Below are positions 33,601-46,200 of a stretch of DNA of 64,000 nucleotides, in pieces. The translations under genes were made by a program, and so were the position numbers. How positions within the stretch are numbered: the first letter of the stretch is position 1; each line of letters begins with the position of its first letter. Origin of the DNA: Amphiscolops sp. MND2022 (Eukaryota); the NCBI GenBank assembly GCA_964187785.1, contig OZ076420.1, forward strand, positions 20,212,001 to 20,276,000, given 5' to 3'. The notes beneath the pieces are model-generated. The model saw only the letters and a program-made list of their open reading frames with translations, was not told the DNA's origin and searched no databases.

Positions 33601-33695
33601 CACGACAAGTTTCTTTGTGCTGAATTCCCAATGTCTGATAAAAGGAAATGTTCAATTTATGGGTTACATGACATTTTGTCATATACATTTTCAAC

Positions 33696-35196
33696 TGTTG
33701 CAGCCAAGTACCTGCATGAGAGCCGGAGTGCAACGCTGAAAAGGTGAATGAGGACTGGTAGTAACTTGAAGTTCCACAACTGATTTTATGATATGTTATG
33801 TTTGTTTTGCATCTGTTTTATTGATGTCATGTAAATATGCTATTTTGGGTAAAATTGTTAGTTCTGTTGATTTTGTTCTTTTAGATGACTTAATACATCT
33901 TAGATTGTATTGAGGTTTAGTTTTTCATGTTCGTTAATCAAGTCGATGAGTCATGAAGTTGAGATTTATGTAATATGTGATTCACAATCTCTTTTGGAAA
34001 CAATATGTCTTGATCATTGTGCGGTAACATACATTTCAAGATAGTACGTTAATGCGTCAACATACGTTTCGAGAGAAAGTGTATATACGCCAAAATGCGT
34101 CATTTCCGCATAAGTGCTTATATGCGGTAATATGCGTTTCGATGCATAATGAATACTAGTCAACATGCGTTTTTAGCAGTGTTGCTCTCCAAATTAATGA
34201 TGTACTGAATCTTAATGTTGATTAGTCATGCAAATACCATTCTTAAGTAATTCCATACTTTCCTCTAGGGTTTCCTAGACCTTATCATTTCGTACTTGAT
34301 TGTCATTCCTCCAGGGCCTTTGTACTATAAATAGACTGATGTTATTGTGATGTAATTCTATTTATACGTTTCCCAAAGGGTGATGCCCGTTAAAAGGGAT
34401 GTCATGATTTTTATAGACGGCTAGGTTAACTTGATGATACACAACTTTTCCAATTTTCCAATTCTACTCAAGTGCAGTCGCTTTAAAATCTACAATTTTC
34501 TTCTGTAAACTTTCATCTTTCCTATAGTTTTCTCTTTCCAATTTGGTTTTGCCAAATAAAAGGATCAATTCAAATTCTTCCCCAATAACTGCAATTCATT
34601 TTTCAATTGAGAAAGGATGGGAAACAAAAGAAATAGACGATCTAGAAGGCTAGAAACTCCATCCCCAGAGAGGGGGATAGAGAGAACTCAGACAGAGACA
34701 CCGATATCAGGTAATGTGACTTTAACTAATAATGATGCGGTTATTCAAAGTAATTTAGGTGAAAATAACTCTGATTACAACTTGGTCGAACCCAGCCAAA
34801 TTAGCAATGAGATACAAGTTTGGACTCAAATAATGGAACAAAAAAGCAACGACAGAATTGAAAAGATGCGAGAAGAAATGGATAACAATTTAGAAGCAAT
34901 TCTAAGGGAAATAAAAACTAACAAAAGCTCATCAACAGTGACAAACCCAAGATCAGATATAAATGATATACAAGAAAATCAGCAATCGGGATCCAGAATA
35001 GATGGGTCTATAGGAGTTCACGCATCTAATATCGAGAATCCAGATTCTGAAAATGAAGTTTTTCCTCCCAGGGTTTCTAAAATGAAAGACTTGAAACATC
35101 CTGCAAAACCTTTGTTTCGAAGTGAATCCGATGTAGATGTAACTATACACTCAGACGAAGAGTCTGACGCTGAAAACCTAGATGAGGATTATCACA
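33696..35196 (+). repeat. Gypsy-B 5' LTR (1,501 bp), includes gag start at ATG 34617
   Basis: Matches 48009-49501. Confidence 0.93.
34021..34172 (+). repeat. 33-bp degenerate tandem repeat in LTR U3 (also 48334-48485)
   Basis: Units GCGGTAACATACATTTCAAGATAGTACGTTAAT / GCGTCAACATACGTTTCGAGAGAAAGTGTATAT and following. Confidence 0.65.
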
Positions 35197-35332
35197 TCAA
35201 CCTATGCAATTTGAACCGTTGCCAATTCAACCGCGCACAATTTAAACCTATTGCATTTTCAACAGTCCACAATTTCGACCTAAACTAATCTTGGCTATTT
35301 AATCTTAATCAATTCGGTTGAGCTATTATTTC
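35197..35332 (+). repeat. 136-bp copy of the element's own 3' flank (49502-49637) replacing the PBS and part of gag
   Basis: Identical except one base (35311 A vs 49616 C). Confidence 0.9.
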
Positions 35333-35340
35333 TATTATTT

Positions 35341-36216
35341 TTGAGCTAAGATTTGTTTCATACAACACTTCGAATGCAACCAAACCTAACAGAGGACATG
35401 AAAATTAACCATTTTCACGCCCATCTCAGAGGTGTGGCCCTCAAAACATTCAAAAACATACAAAGAACACCAACAACAACCTTAGAAGACATACTAAAAG
35501 TCTTCCGAAGAAAATTTGTAAAACCGGAGTCTAGTGCTTCTGCAAAACACAGATTTCACAGACTCTCATTCGACCCAGAGAACCAGAAACTTTCGGATTT
35601 TTTAGAAGAACTCCACGAAAGTGCTGAAAAGCGTTTGAGGAGAACGCCCACCAAAGGATTGAGAACCTACTCTACGCAAAAATGCCTCCTCACCTTAAAA
35701 AATCCATTAATCAGGCCTACTTTGAGAATGGAACGTATGATCAAATAGTTAAACATCTTGAACGAGAGATGGAACTTAACGGTCTTGAGGCAGACGAACC
35801 TCTTGTCAAAACCCAAATGACCGTTACCAAAAAAGCAGAAAACACTGAAAAACCCAACAAAAAACAAAATGACAAAGCTAAAAAACAAACCCCAAAAACA
35901 GTACCAGATAAAACCCTCAAGAATGATCAATGCCGTTACTGTAAAGAGGGAGGCCACATGATGACGGACTGCCCCAAACTAGCAAAACGGCGTAAACTTG
36001 AGGAAGACCCAATTGCTGAAAAATGTCACAATTGCAAAACCCCCGGACATGATGAAGAAAACTGTTACTTCGGTGCCAATATGGAAAACCGTCCACCAAA
36101 ATGGACCCTAACAGAGGCACAAAAGAAAGTCATAGAAAAATACAAACAAGCCAAAAAAACCCATCAGACCAAAAATGGAACGACACCAACAATCCTCGTC
36201 GAAGGATTTAAACTAG
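35341..36216 (+). pseudogene. gag: Gypsy-B gag remnant
   Basis: DLFHTTLRMQPNLTEDMKINHFHAHLRG; two CCHC knuckles CRYCKEGGHMMTDC and CHNCKTPGHDEENC; frameshifts; native stop TAG at 36214-36216. Confidence 0.88.
36207..36213 (+). promoter_or_regulatory. Gag-pol -1 frameshift slippery site T-TTA-AAC
   Basis: gat tta aac TAG followed by AATCGCCACGCC, matching the context in Gypsy-A (TGA AATCGCCGCGCC). Confidence 0.7.
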
Positions 36217-39200
36217 AATCGCCACGCCTTTATACAAATTCACCACAAAAACAAAACTTAGAAGATGACTGGCAGCATCAGCTAAGCCCAAAACCTGCAA
36301 CAACAGCAGTTTGCGAAACTCAATTAACGACACAAAATTCGCAACAATCGAGACTAGAAACTCAACACGACGACTTATACAAACTCTTACACAATGCTCC
36401 AGACAACTACTTTCTCCAACAAACAAACAACCCTGAAACCGAATCGAACTCAGAAATCCAACACACAACAAAACACCACGTAACAATAAAAACTTCTTGC
36501 AATGATAAAAAACAACCTCTTTTAAACGAAGATCTCACTGAACATATACAATTTGACAAGGAACGAAACTTGTCATACCACCCAATCTCAACTTCTTTGA
36601 CATTGAAACGAAAACGCCACATGTACTACATTCCAATGGACTTCGAAAAACTTACATTTGATGGTCTTATTGATACCGGAGCCCTTACAAGTGCAATCTC
36701 CGAACAGGACCTCAATAAAATCAAGTTGCTAGCAAATGAAGCAATCAAAGAAACTGGTCCCCTACCTAACTTCCAAATTATGGTGGCAAATGGACAATTA
36801 GAAGTCCCCATTGGTACGGTATTACTAGAATTCGAAGTGGCTGATTTCATGTTAAAAGAAAACTTCATCATCATGAAAAATCTACCAAATCCGCTAATAG
36901 GATTGTGTTTCCTCCGCAGAAATAATGCAATCTTTGATGTCAACCAAGGCATCTTAACATTTCCCTATCTGTCAATGCAACTCAAACCTGACACCCAAAC
37001 AGCAATACGTCAAGCAACACCATTGTTTGCCGAAAATACCTACACCCTACAACCAGGAGAAATACTTGCCGTAGCAAGCAAAATGCCCCATTTGATGGAC
37101 AATAATGCGACAGGAATTGTAACACCATCACAACAATTTGAAAACCATGATAGCATTGTTATCACAGCATCACTTAGCACCGTAAATAACAATGCTATCG
37201 GATATCAAATCATCAATTTTTCTGACCTACCATATACATCAACCCTTGACACCTATTCAGCGGATTTCAAGATACTTACACCAGAACAAATCAAACACAT
37301 CTAACCAGTGGACCCAGCGTTGCTATCCTTCATGATACAATATGAAGAACCAACAGAAGTCTACATAAATGAACTACTGAAAGTCCCACAACCAAACACT
37401 GACCAAGAATCATACTGGATCCCAACGCCTGGAAAACCAGGTGACCCAGCTATTTATACCCCAATTCAGCAGAGAAAATACAACGAACTTCTCGAATCAA
37501 AGGAACTCGAAAAACTGAACCCACATGATAATGAGTCAGCCAGGAAAGCATTCCTCTCAAACTTTGACTTATCCGACACAACACTCAGCCTAGACGAACG
37601 ACAAGAAATTGAAGAGATTCTCGTTTCCCGATATTTTTGCCAGACATCGTTTCGATATAGGCATAAATCGTGAGTTCAAAGTCAAACTTACACCAAACGA
37701 TGACAGACCAGCTTTTAGCCAAAGTCTGCCAACTCTTATCAACCTCAAAGGTGATATCACTGTAGAACTCGCACTTCTGCACAAATATGGTATCATTACA
37801 ACTCTACCATTTTCTAAGTACGCAAGCCCAATTTTTGCACAACGCAAACCGAATGGGCGCCTTACTCTTTTAGTAGACCTCAGAAAAATCAATAATCTCA
37901 TCACGGAAGATTACACCAACAATAACCACCCGGTAAGCACTTTATCTGATGCAGCCCAACACATGGCAGGGATAAAACTCTTCTGCAAATTAGACTGCTC
38001 CCAAGCTTACCACTGCCTACAAATGGCAGATTACCAATCCATCCAGATGCTTGCCTTCAACTTTGCAAGCAGAACATTTGCTTATCGTCGCCTCGCCCAG
38101 GGTCTCAGCAGATCACTCTCTGCATTTTCTAGCTTCATGAGAGAATTCCTGGACAGAGCAATTAAAGCTAACCAATGTGCCCGATATGTCGATGACATCG
38201 GCATAGCAGCAAACGATACAAAACAATTGTGTGCAAACACCAAAACCAAATGTATCCGAAATGCAGGACTGAAACTCTCAAAGTCCAAATGCCATTTCGG
38301 AGTTAAACAAGTCGACTTTCTAGGTCGCACCATCACACCCGGAGGAGTAGCTCCTCAAGCCGATAAAGTCAAAGATTTCCTCTCAAAACTCCGATTTCCA
38401 AAATCAAAAAAGGCGCTACAAAGGTATATCGGATTCCTAAACTATTACCGAAACTATATACCACGCCTTTCAGAACGGCTTTCCCCGTTCTTCAAACTTC
38501 TCAAAGAAACATCCAAATTCTACGTACCAACAAACTTGGTAGAAGACTTCGCGAACCTTAACAAACTCCTGGAAAATTCCTGCCAATTAGCTCTAAAACA
38601 ACCACTGAAAAACAAACAACTTATAGTCATGTCCGACGCAAGTTTCACCGCAGCTGGATATGCCATCATGATTGAAGACAACCCGAACCAAAAACTCCAA
38701 TCGAGACGTAAAACATATGCACCCGTAGCATTTGGTTCAAAAACCTTCAACCCAACTCAAACGAAAATGTCATTTTATACAAAAGAATTCCTTTCCATAT
38801 ACTTTGCATTTGTTGAATTTGGACACCTCATGTGGGGAAGCACCTTCCCAGTAATCGTGTTCACAGACAACCGTTCAGTGACCCGCTTTTTTCAAACCAA
38901 AATGATCCCTCCAGCACTTTGGAATGCCTGCGATTACGTCTTGCAGTATAATTTTGTAATCGCCCATGTCGCTGGATCGATGAATACCGCTGCCGACTTC
39001 CTGTCTACAACAGAAGCCGACCCAACTGAAAAACTAGAGATGACCATTCGTAATGACATCCACACGAAAGCAATCGAAGTCAATATCCAATCAACAGGCA
39101 TTGTTGAAGAAGAACAAATCTACATCCTCCCAGGTGATGAAATAGACGATAATCAACACTAGGAAGAAAAGCAAAACGTGCGAAATCATGCCCAAACGGA

Positions 39201-41040
39201 AACCCACAATGAACCAGAAAATACCATCTTTGAGCTACAACAATTTCACAAACCCACATCAGGGTTAATTGCAGTATCATCGGGATACTTCAGAGACAAT
39301 GCAAGAATACGTCTGGAGAAGAATAACGACATAGTCGTCAGGAACCTACGAGCCAAAATTGAAGGTGACTCCTTCGACGAGAATGAATTAGCATCAGACT
39401 ATAGATACCATCACAACCTACAAAATATAACAAGAATAGAAATCAAACAAGAGGTACTCACCAGAAAATATTACACAGATACTGGAACAATATCTCATTA
39501 CCAAATACTTCTTCCGATTCAACTTTTAGATGAAACCCTTCAAGCTCTCCATGGCCATAATTCAAACCACCCAGGTATCACGAAAATGATACAAGAAGCC
39601 AGACAGAAATATTACTACCCATGTATGGCAAAATACATCAAGAAATGGGTCAGTAACTGCCAAATTTGTATCCAAACAAAACGTATCAACAATGATCTCC
39701 TCAGGACAGAACTCCTCAATTGTACAGAATGGGATCTAGGCTCAGAAGACATTCTACAGATGGACATTTTACCTAACCTTCCAGCCAGTGGAGGTTATGA
39801 TCACATTATCACAGCAATAGATGTCTTCTCTAGATATCTATTTGCTTATTCAGTCACAAAAATTAATGCAACGGCAGTTTCCAGGGTTATCATGGACATC
39901 TTATGCAAGCACACATACCTTCCAACAACAATAATCACTGACCTGAGAACTCAATTCAATGCACAAATAACGCATGAAGTTGCAGCAGTGCTCGGAATTG
40001 AACCCAAACACGCAATAATGAAACATGCCCAAACAATACGACTCCTTGAGAGAACTAAGGCTTCAGTCAAAACACACCTCAAAGCCTCAACAGGCGAATT
40101 TAGGAATAACTGTCATAAATATCTCCCTTTGGCAGTCCTTAATCACAACACATCATACCACGCATCACTCGGTTGTGAACATTCACGAGTCGTCCTTGGT
40201 AGAATACCACACAATATACTCGATTATAAACTTGGATATAACCCCAACCCAAAATACCACCCGCAAGCTGATGTAGCAGAAGAAACTCAAAAACGCATGA
40301 AGACTCTTCTAGACCAAACCAAAAAGAACATCATGTAATTTTTCCTTAAATACAAGGCCTACTATGGCCGAAAAGCAAAAGCAGCCCCGCTTGAAACAAC
40401 AGATTACTGCTACATTCTCAATCCAAAAGCTGATACACAAGCAACGAAAATACCATTTCGAGAATTCAGATGGTGTGGACCATATAAAGTCGAAAAAGTG
40501 CTCCCTAACAATAATTACATTGTACGGAGACTTGGCACGAATAAAACGCAACTGCTACACAGGATCCGTTTGCGGTTATTCACCCCGGAAGCCCCATTAG
40601 CTGATGTTTTTGTTCGTGAAGCCGATTGGCAAAAAGATGACCAAATGCCTATAGCAAATGATGATCTATATGCCCAATCATGGAACACGAACTTTGGTTC
40701 AAATCCGTTTGATGATAGTCCTCCAGATTCCCTACAAAATACTGAAGAAACTGATTATATTCCAATTCAACTACCTGAAAATAGCCGCCCTCCCTCCCCT
40801 GAATCTTCAAAAAATAGTGGGTTGAGCCCAGTGGAACAGACCACTGTACCAGACCAAAACCAGGAAAATCATGCTGATGAAAATCCACAACAATTAAATA
40901 AGAAAGATGACAACACCCAAAAAGTTCAAAAAGATGCAAATATTTCAACAGATGATGACAGTCAGAAAACCCCAGAAAATTCCCAAAACACCCCATTGCA
41001 AGAAGAACCCATAAATACCCGTGGTGAAAAATACAACTAA
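36207..41040 (+). pseudogene. pol: Gypsy-B pol, several stops and frameshifts
   Basis: LIDTGA (protease), RYVDD (RT), VMSDAS (RNase H), H-GHNSN-H..C-QI-C, LQMDILP, IITDL, LLERTK (integrase), spread over ORFs 35682-37304, 37308-37673, 37609-39162, 39178-40338 and 40498-41040. Confidence 0.95.
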
Positions 41041-41267
41041 CGACCTAATCCCAACCCAAACTACTCTGACTCATACAGATACTGAAAACAAGAACAAACA
41101 ATCTTTTTTCTTTTCCTCTCACACGTTGAGTGTATTTTGACAAGTGTACGAAAATTTGCCAATGCAACGTCAGATTAATAATGAAAACGTCATTGGTCTA
41201 AACAATTACCGAAACAACAAACAGTAATAACACATAAATAGTTTGTAGCAAAACAAAGATGTCTAAA

Positions 41268-44200
41268 CTAACTTCGCTTCCCTCGAGAAGTTTTAACTTT
41301 CGCCCCTTTGGGAGCACTTCCTCCTTCTTCTTCATTGTCGTTAGCACACCGAGACACAGGAACTATAGCCCGTCCCAAAGCAGGACCAGAAACCGGAGAT
41401 CTGCTACCACTATTGGAACGACTAATAGTAGGGGTCGAAGTGTTAGAAGGCACCACTGGCTTGTCCACTTTGAGCACTGCTTTGCGATATGCAGCCTCAA
41501 ATTTCCCCTGAAGGTTGTTCCGTTTGGGCCCACTGCTTTTGAGGATACTCCACACCGAGAACTTTTTGTCCGTGAGCAGTTCCGGTCCTCTCCCTAAGAG
41601 TCGAAACAAACGATTGATGGTACGTGTGTCCCGGTACAAATTAGAAACATTCGGTACTGTCTGGTTGGACAATTGTAAACTTGTAACACAAGAACGCGAC
41701 ACTTCATTGCCAGACTCCAACTGGGCAATGGGTACTTCAAACGAAGTGGGCAAACTGACATTGCTCGGCAAACAGAGAAAAGAGTAACGGAATAACTGAT
41801 ACAACTCAGGCCTGTTTTGCATCTCGTAGTGTGAAGCAAGAAATTGGACTAAATCATTGACCTCGGGCAAAGGACTGGCACGCAAAAGAGTGACAAAAGC
41901 CCTGTACAGGCTCACCACCTTGACTTTCTCGCTAGGGGATAACCATCCAGTCGACACGAAATGAGTGCTCAATTTTTCAATAGCACTGACGTAATTGGTC
42001 TCCGGACCCTCCACCATTACTGCTAAATCGAATGCAGCCATACCACGTGCCAAATTAGATTGAATCAGCTCATGGTCCAGTAAATCTTTGCAAAAGGCTT
42101 TGCAAAAGGAAATAGATTGTTCCACAAACTTGCTGGGACGTGGTAGCTTACTAGCTAACACTAGTTTGTGGAAATCTTCGTTCAGGATAAATTCATCAGG
42201 CGACTTGAATGACAAAACAGGATCTGTGAAATCGAGTAATATGTATCCATCCCAGTCTGTTATAGCCCCAAGAGAGCTATGGGGAAAGATATTTTGCAGC
42301 TGACTATATAGAAACACAGTGTATTGATTGAACAGTCTGGATCCATATCCAGCTTAAGTCTCAATGGCAGAAAAGGCTGAATCATCTGAAACACAACGTT
42401 ATTGCAACCCTGAACAACGATGACGTAATGGTCAAACACAGATTAGTATTAGCCAAAGAGAAATATTACGTTATAATGCAGTTTGAGATAAAACGCATAT
42501 ACGTTGTTATGGGAATCGGAGTAATCCGCTCATGCGTTATTGTGCGGATCGAGGTAATACGCATATACGTTATCATGCGGATCGAGACAACTCGCATATG
42601 CGTCACTATGCGGAAATGGAGAGATTCTGTGCATAAAAGACGTGGAGGCTAGACGTAGCTAAAATACCTAAAATAAAGAACACGGCTAATGGAAACAGTC
42701 AAATAGTATTCTCCAATGATCAAGAGCAGGAGTGCACGGCAAATTAAAATTGGTATTATTAAAAAACGACCATTTCTAACCCAAATTAGCCAAAATATGG
42801 TGGAATTTTCGTGCGCACTGAGAAATCGCACAAGTGGTGTAAATGTACGAAATAAGAAATCAATCAGCAAAACAACACACTAACAGTGGTCAATGGCACA
42901 CCGGATGATAAACAATCTGGCCAGATATGCTGTGTCGAGCCTGAAGCATTCGTCGAGGGTGCTTGGCTAAAACAACACTCAAAACAATGAAAATGATGCA
43001 GATGAGTTGTATATTATTAAAAATGGTATTCAAATTAACCTCTCGCATTTAGAAGCGGTATTTCGGCAGCCTAGAGACTTGGGCTAAATGATCACGTATC
43101 TTGTCCCAGTTGGAAGAGAGGCACTCAATAAGTCCTGATGCTTCACTGAGAGAATACTGGAGACTTAGGACGCACTAAAAGACAAAGCAAAAACAATTAT
43201 TATCTATAAATGTATAATTGCAATGAAATAGAAGAAGATGAAAACCTTTTGAAGAAGAGGGAGGGTCTGTAGCCAGTCTCGATCAAGTGCTGTCCTCAGC
43301 TTCATCAAGAGGAAATCCAGTATGGACCGGAAGTCGTGGCGCTCGATGATGTTTACAGTGGGGGCGGCAAGACACTTCTCGAAATCATTTGGTCCAAACG
43401 AATGAGCTAAATTAGGACGTTTAGTTCCTGGTAGGGTTGAAGTGAGGCATTGGTTAAGTTTGTCCCCCATCCCGACAAGACACACACAGCTCGGGGGGCT
43501 CTCAAAAAGAGTAATGAACGATGCCACCAAACCAAGGATCTTCTTCGGGATTAGTAGGCCGCGGGGTCCTGTTCCAAGACAAACTCTGTGTAGGACGTTA
43601 CCACTCCAAAAGGAAACGATAACGAGATCATTGGTGGGAGTCCTTTCAAGAGATAGTGAATAAATCCCAGAAGAAGCACAAGCTGTCACACAATAGTCAG
43701 TAAGCTCTCGAAACATGTGTATCAGGACTCCCTGTGAACAGATAGAAACAATGATTAATGTGAAAAGATTTCAAAACCAAACTTGTTAAAACTCAGCAAA
43801 TCATCTCCACCCCACTTCTACCAGAACAACAATTACCCCCTATAAACGAAATATGCAGAACTGAAAACCTGAACATGAGGCTTACATAAATGCGGCGTTG
43901 ATCCCAGTTTTGAACAGGCAGCTGATTGTTCCTGGATAAACGAGAGATTCCGTCGTAAATCCCTGTCAAGCTGTCCAGATGCCCTCCATTTTTCAGACCA
44001 TATTCGAGAATGCCGACTAGGGACAAAACTCCTTCAGTTGGACTAGTTGATGATCCGAAATCAGGGACAGAATGCTGTCCCACCAAAGGTCGTAAGCTAT
44101 CCAATTGTGGGGCAATGGGATAAGTGTTTTTTGCAACCTTCTTAGCTTCAATCAAAGCCATACCCTGCAACTCCCGTTCATTCTTGTCAAATAGGGCCAT

Positions 44201-45553
44201 TCCGAAGATTTCCCTCCTCATTCGATGTTCCTTGATGTAATGACTATCGCAGCGGTAATGTGCCATCAACTCAAGCGTTCATCTGCTCATTAAAGACAGT
44301 TCGGACCGGCAAACCCGGCACCACCACTTGTATGGTGTTTTCTCTGGATCAATTGGTCCAGTAGCAGAGAATTTTAAAACCGGATGTTTGTGAAACATAT
44401 GAGATTTTAGAGAGTACCTCGGTCGTTGCCTTTTTCGCAACGATAACTGATCAGGATTCTGAGGATCCTGCATGGAAATTCCAGGCGACGATTGTGCGTG
44501 TCTTTCATCCTGGCTAGAGGTTAAAGGTAATGCTGTTCCAAAATTAGAGGGACTCTCAACGATGCTGAAAGGAAGAGACGTTGCTTGTTCATCTCCACCA
44601 GCTAGGACACTCCGGGGAATCCTACCGAGCATATTGGATAACAACATGACTTCTTGTCGTGTGACACTGAGTCCACAAGGCTCAGTATTGGCATGAGTAT
44701 CAGCTGTGGGGTTCTCTAGATTCTCACTGAGTGGAGTACACATTTGCCCTTGATCAGGAGCATCTAAGCCTACGACTCGAGGCGAGGGTGGATCTAGCGC
44801 TTGGTTGCTAAAATAAGTTAGGAACTGGGAGGATTGAGGAGAGGGGATCTGGGAAGAAGATGGGACAGTCTCCTCAGTAACAGCGTCTTGGTTAAAAAGA
44901 GTAGGAGTGAGGTCCATATCAGTCGCTTCAGAATTAATAATCTGACGTACCGAACAACTAGCAGAGAAAGGAGGTTGATTCAATGTAGGCAAGGTAACTT
45001 CTGTCCCTTGTGCAGTAATTTCACGTACTTCAATGACAGGGGATCTCTTAGCCTCATCGATCTGTAACTGAGCAAGATCTGGTGTCTCTGGACAGTCAGT
45101 CTGTTGCTGGTCGTCAGGGGAAACAACTTGAAGAGGATGATAAATTTTCGTCGGTGAGCGACCAGGAGACGTTTGGATCGATCCAAGTTCAACTAAAACA
45201 AATGATCCGTTTTAGAAAATAAATGGGTCAAATGGACGGAACCCGTTTGATAATTGCTAGTTTTTGGATACGAAAACAGGAAATGAAAACGGAAGTCGTT
45301 CGAAACCAAGAACGGAAGCGTTTAAAAAATCCCTCAGATTTGATCAAGATTAAAATCTGATCAACTCTGATAATAGTCTAGCCAACTAATTGTCATTAAA
45401 AACCCACAGAACTTTATTTCAAATTGAAAATCTGAAACAAATCAAGTTGAACTAACCAGGAGTAGTACCCGACGGGCTTTAATAGCACCAAGAAGCACTT
45501 TCCCGACGAGAGGGTTGATCCTCCCTTGTCTTCCGGCGACTGGGAGAGTCCAT
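41268..45553 (-). pseudogene. Antisense 6-exon gene of Gypsy-B: BED-like zinc finger + hAT-transposase-like protein, 1,075 codons, four premature stops, no frameshift
   Basis: Exons 45553-45457, 45192-43886, 43731-43246, 43174-43040, 42966-42885, 42385-41268; total 3,225 nt, divisible by 3; all introns GT..AG. In-frame stops at 45481, 44281, 43051 and 42356. Zn finger WWCRVCRSELSLMSR*TLELMAHYRCDSH. Confidence 0.82.
42484..42616 (+). repeat. 33-bp degenerate tandem repeat inside the last intron of the antisense gene
   Basis: Four units with the core ATGCGGATCGAG..ACGCATAT(A/G)CGT. Confidence 0.7.
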
Positions 45554-46083
45554 AATGAATGAATCCAATTGCAAGAGGGGATAATTTGATTGACAATCGA
45601 CAGGAGAGGAGAACAATGATAAAATAATTGGAAGGAAAACAATTTCTAATGATGGTAACAACACAAGAAGTACACTTCGATTTGCTGAGAGGCGTTGAAT
45701 TGAGAAAAAACAGAGATTACTAAACAATGAAGACTGAAACCAATAGACAGTAACTTTTAGAAATACCAGGGGACAGAATTTCAACGATTTCAATTAAACA
45801 AAAGGCGTGGGGTAACAATTAAAGGCAGAAGAGCAAAATGAAATCCGGTTTTGGAAATCGGTACAGTTTATACTGATCGCTGATTGGTCAATTAAATGCC
45901 ATTCACTACTGCCAGAATGCTTGGTATGTTTAATTGACGTGAGACAATCTGAGTGACATATGCGCTAACAATGGTAATTACACAGTCAAAGCGAGAGAGA
46001 TTTTGGAAAGCAAATACACGATGAATTACATGCAGCGTTAAGGCAAATATACGATAATATGCATATCAAGCAAAGACGGATAT

Positions 46084-46200
46084 GCGGCAACATGCGGATC
46101 AAGTGAAAACGTAAACTCGTCAACATACGGATCAAGTGAAGACGCATACTCGTCAACATACGGATCGAGTGAGTACGAGTATGCGGCAACCTACGTTTCT
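46084..46200 (+). repeat. 33-bp tandem repeat in the intergenic promoter region
   Basis: GCGGCAACATGCGGATCAAGTGAAAACGTAAAC / TCGTCAACATACGGATCAAGTGAAGACGCATAC / TCGTCAACATACGGATCGAGTGAGTACGAGTAT. Confidence 0.8.

Noticed and set aside
42428-42652. 74-aa ORF with 11-aa repeats
   Set aside because: By-product of the 33-bp array inside an intron of the opposite-strand gene.
45479-45793. Track ORF labelled as plus strand
   Set aside because: Its listed translation matches the minus strand; its 3' part is exon 1 of the Gypsy-B antisense gene up to a premature stop.
34021-46200. 33-bp arrays as CRISPR repeats
   Set aside because: Head-to-tail degenerate units with no unique spacers, no cas genes, eukaryotic context.
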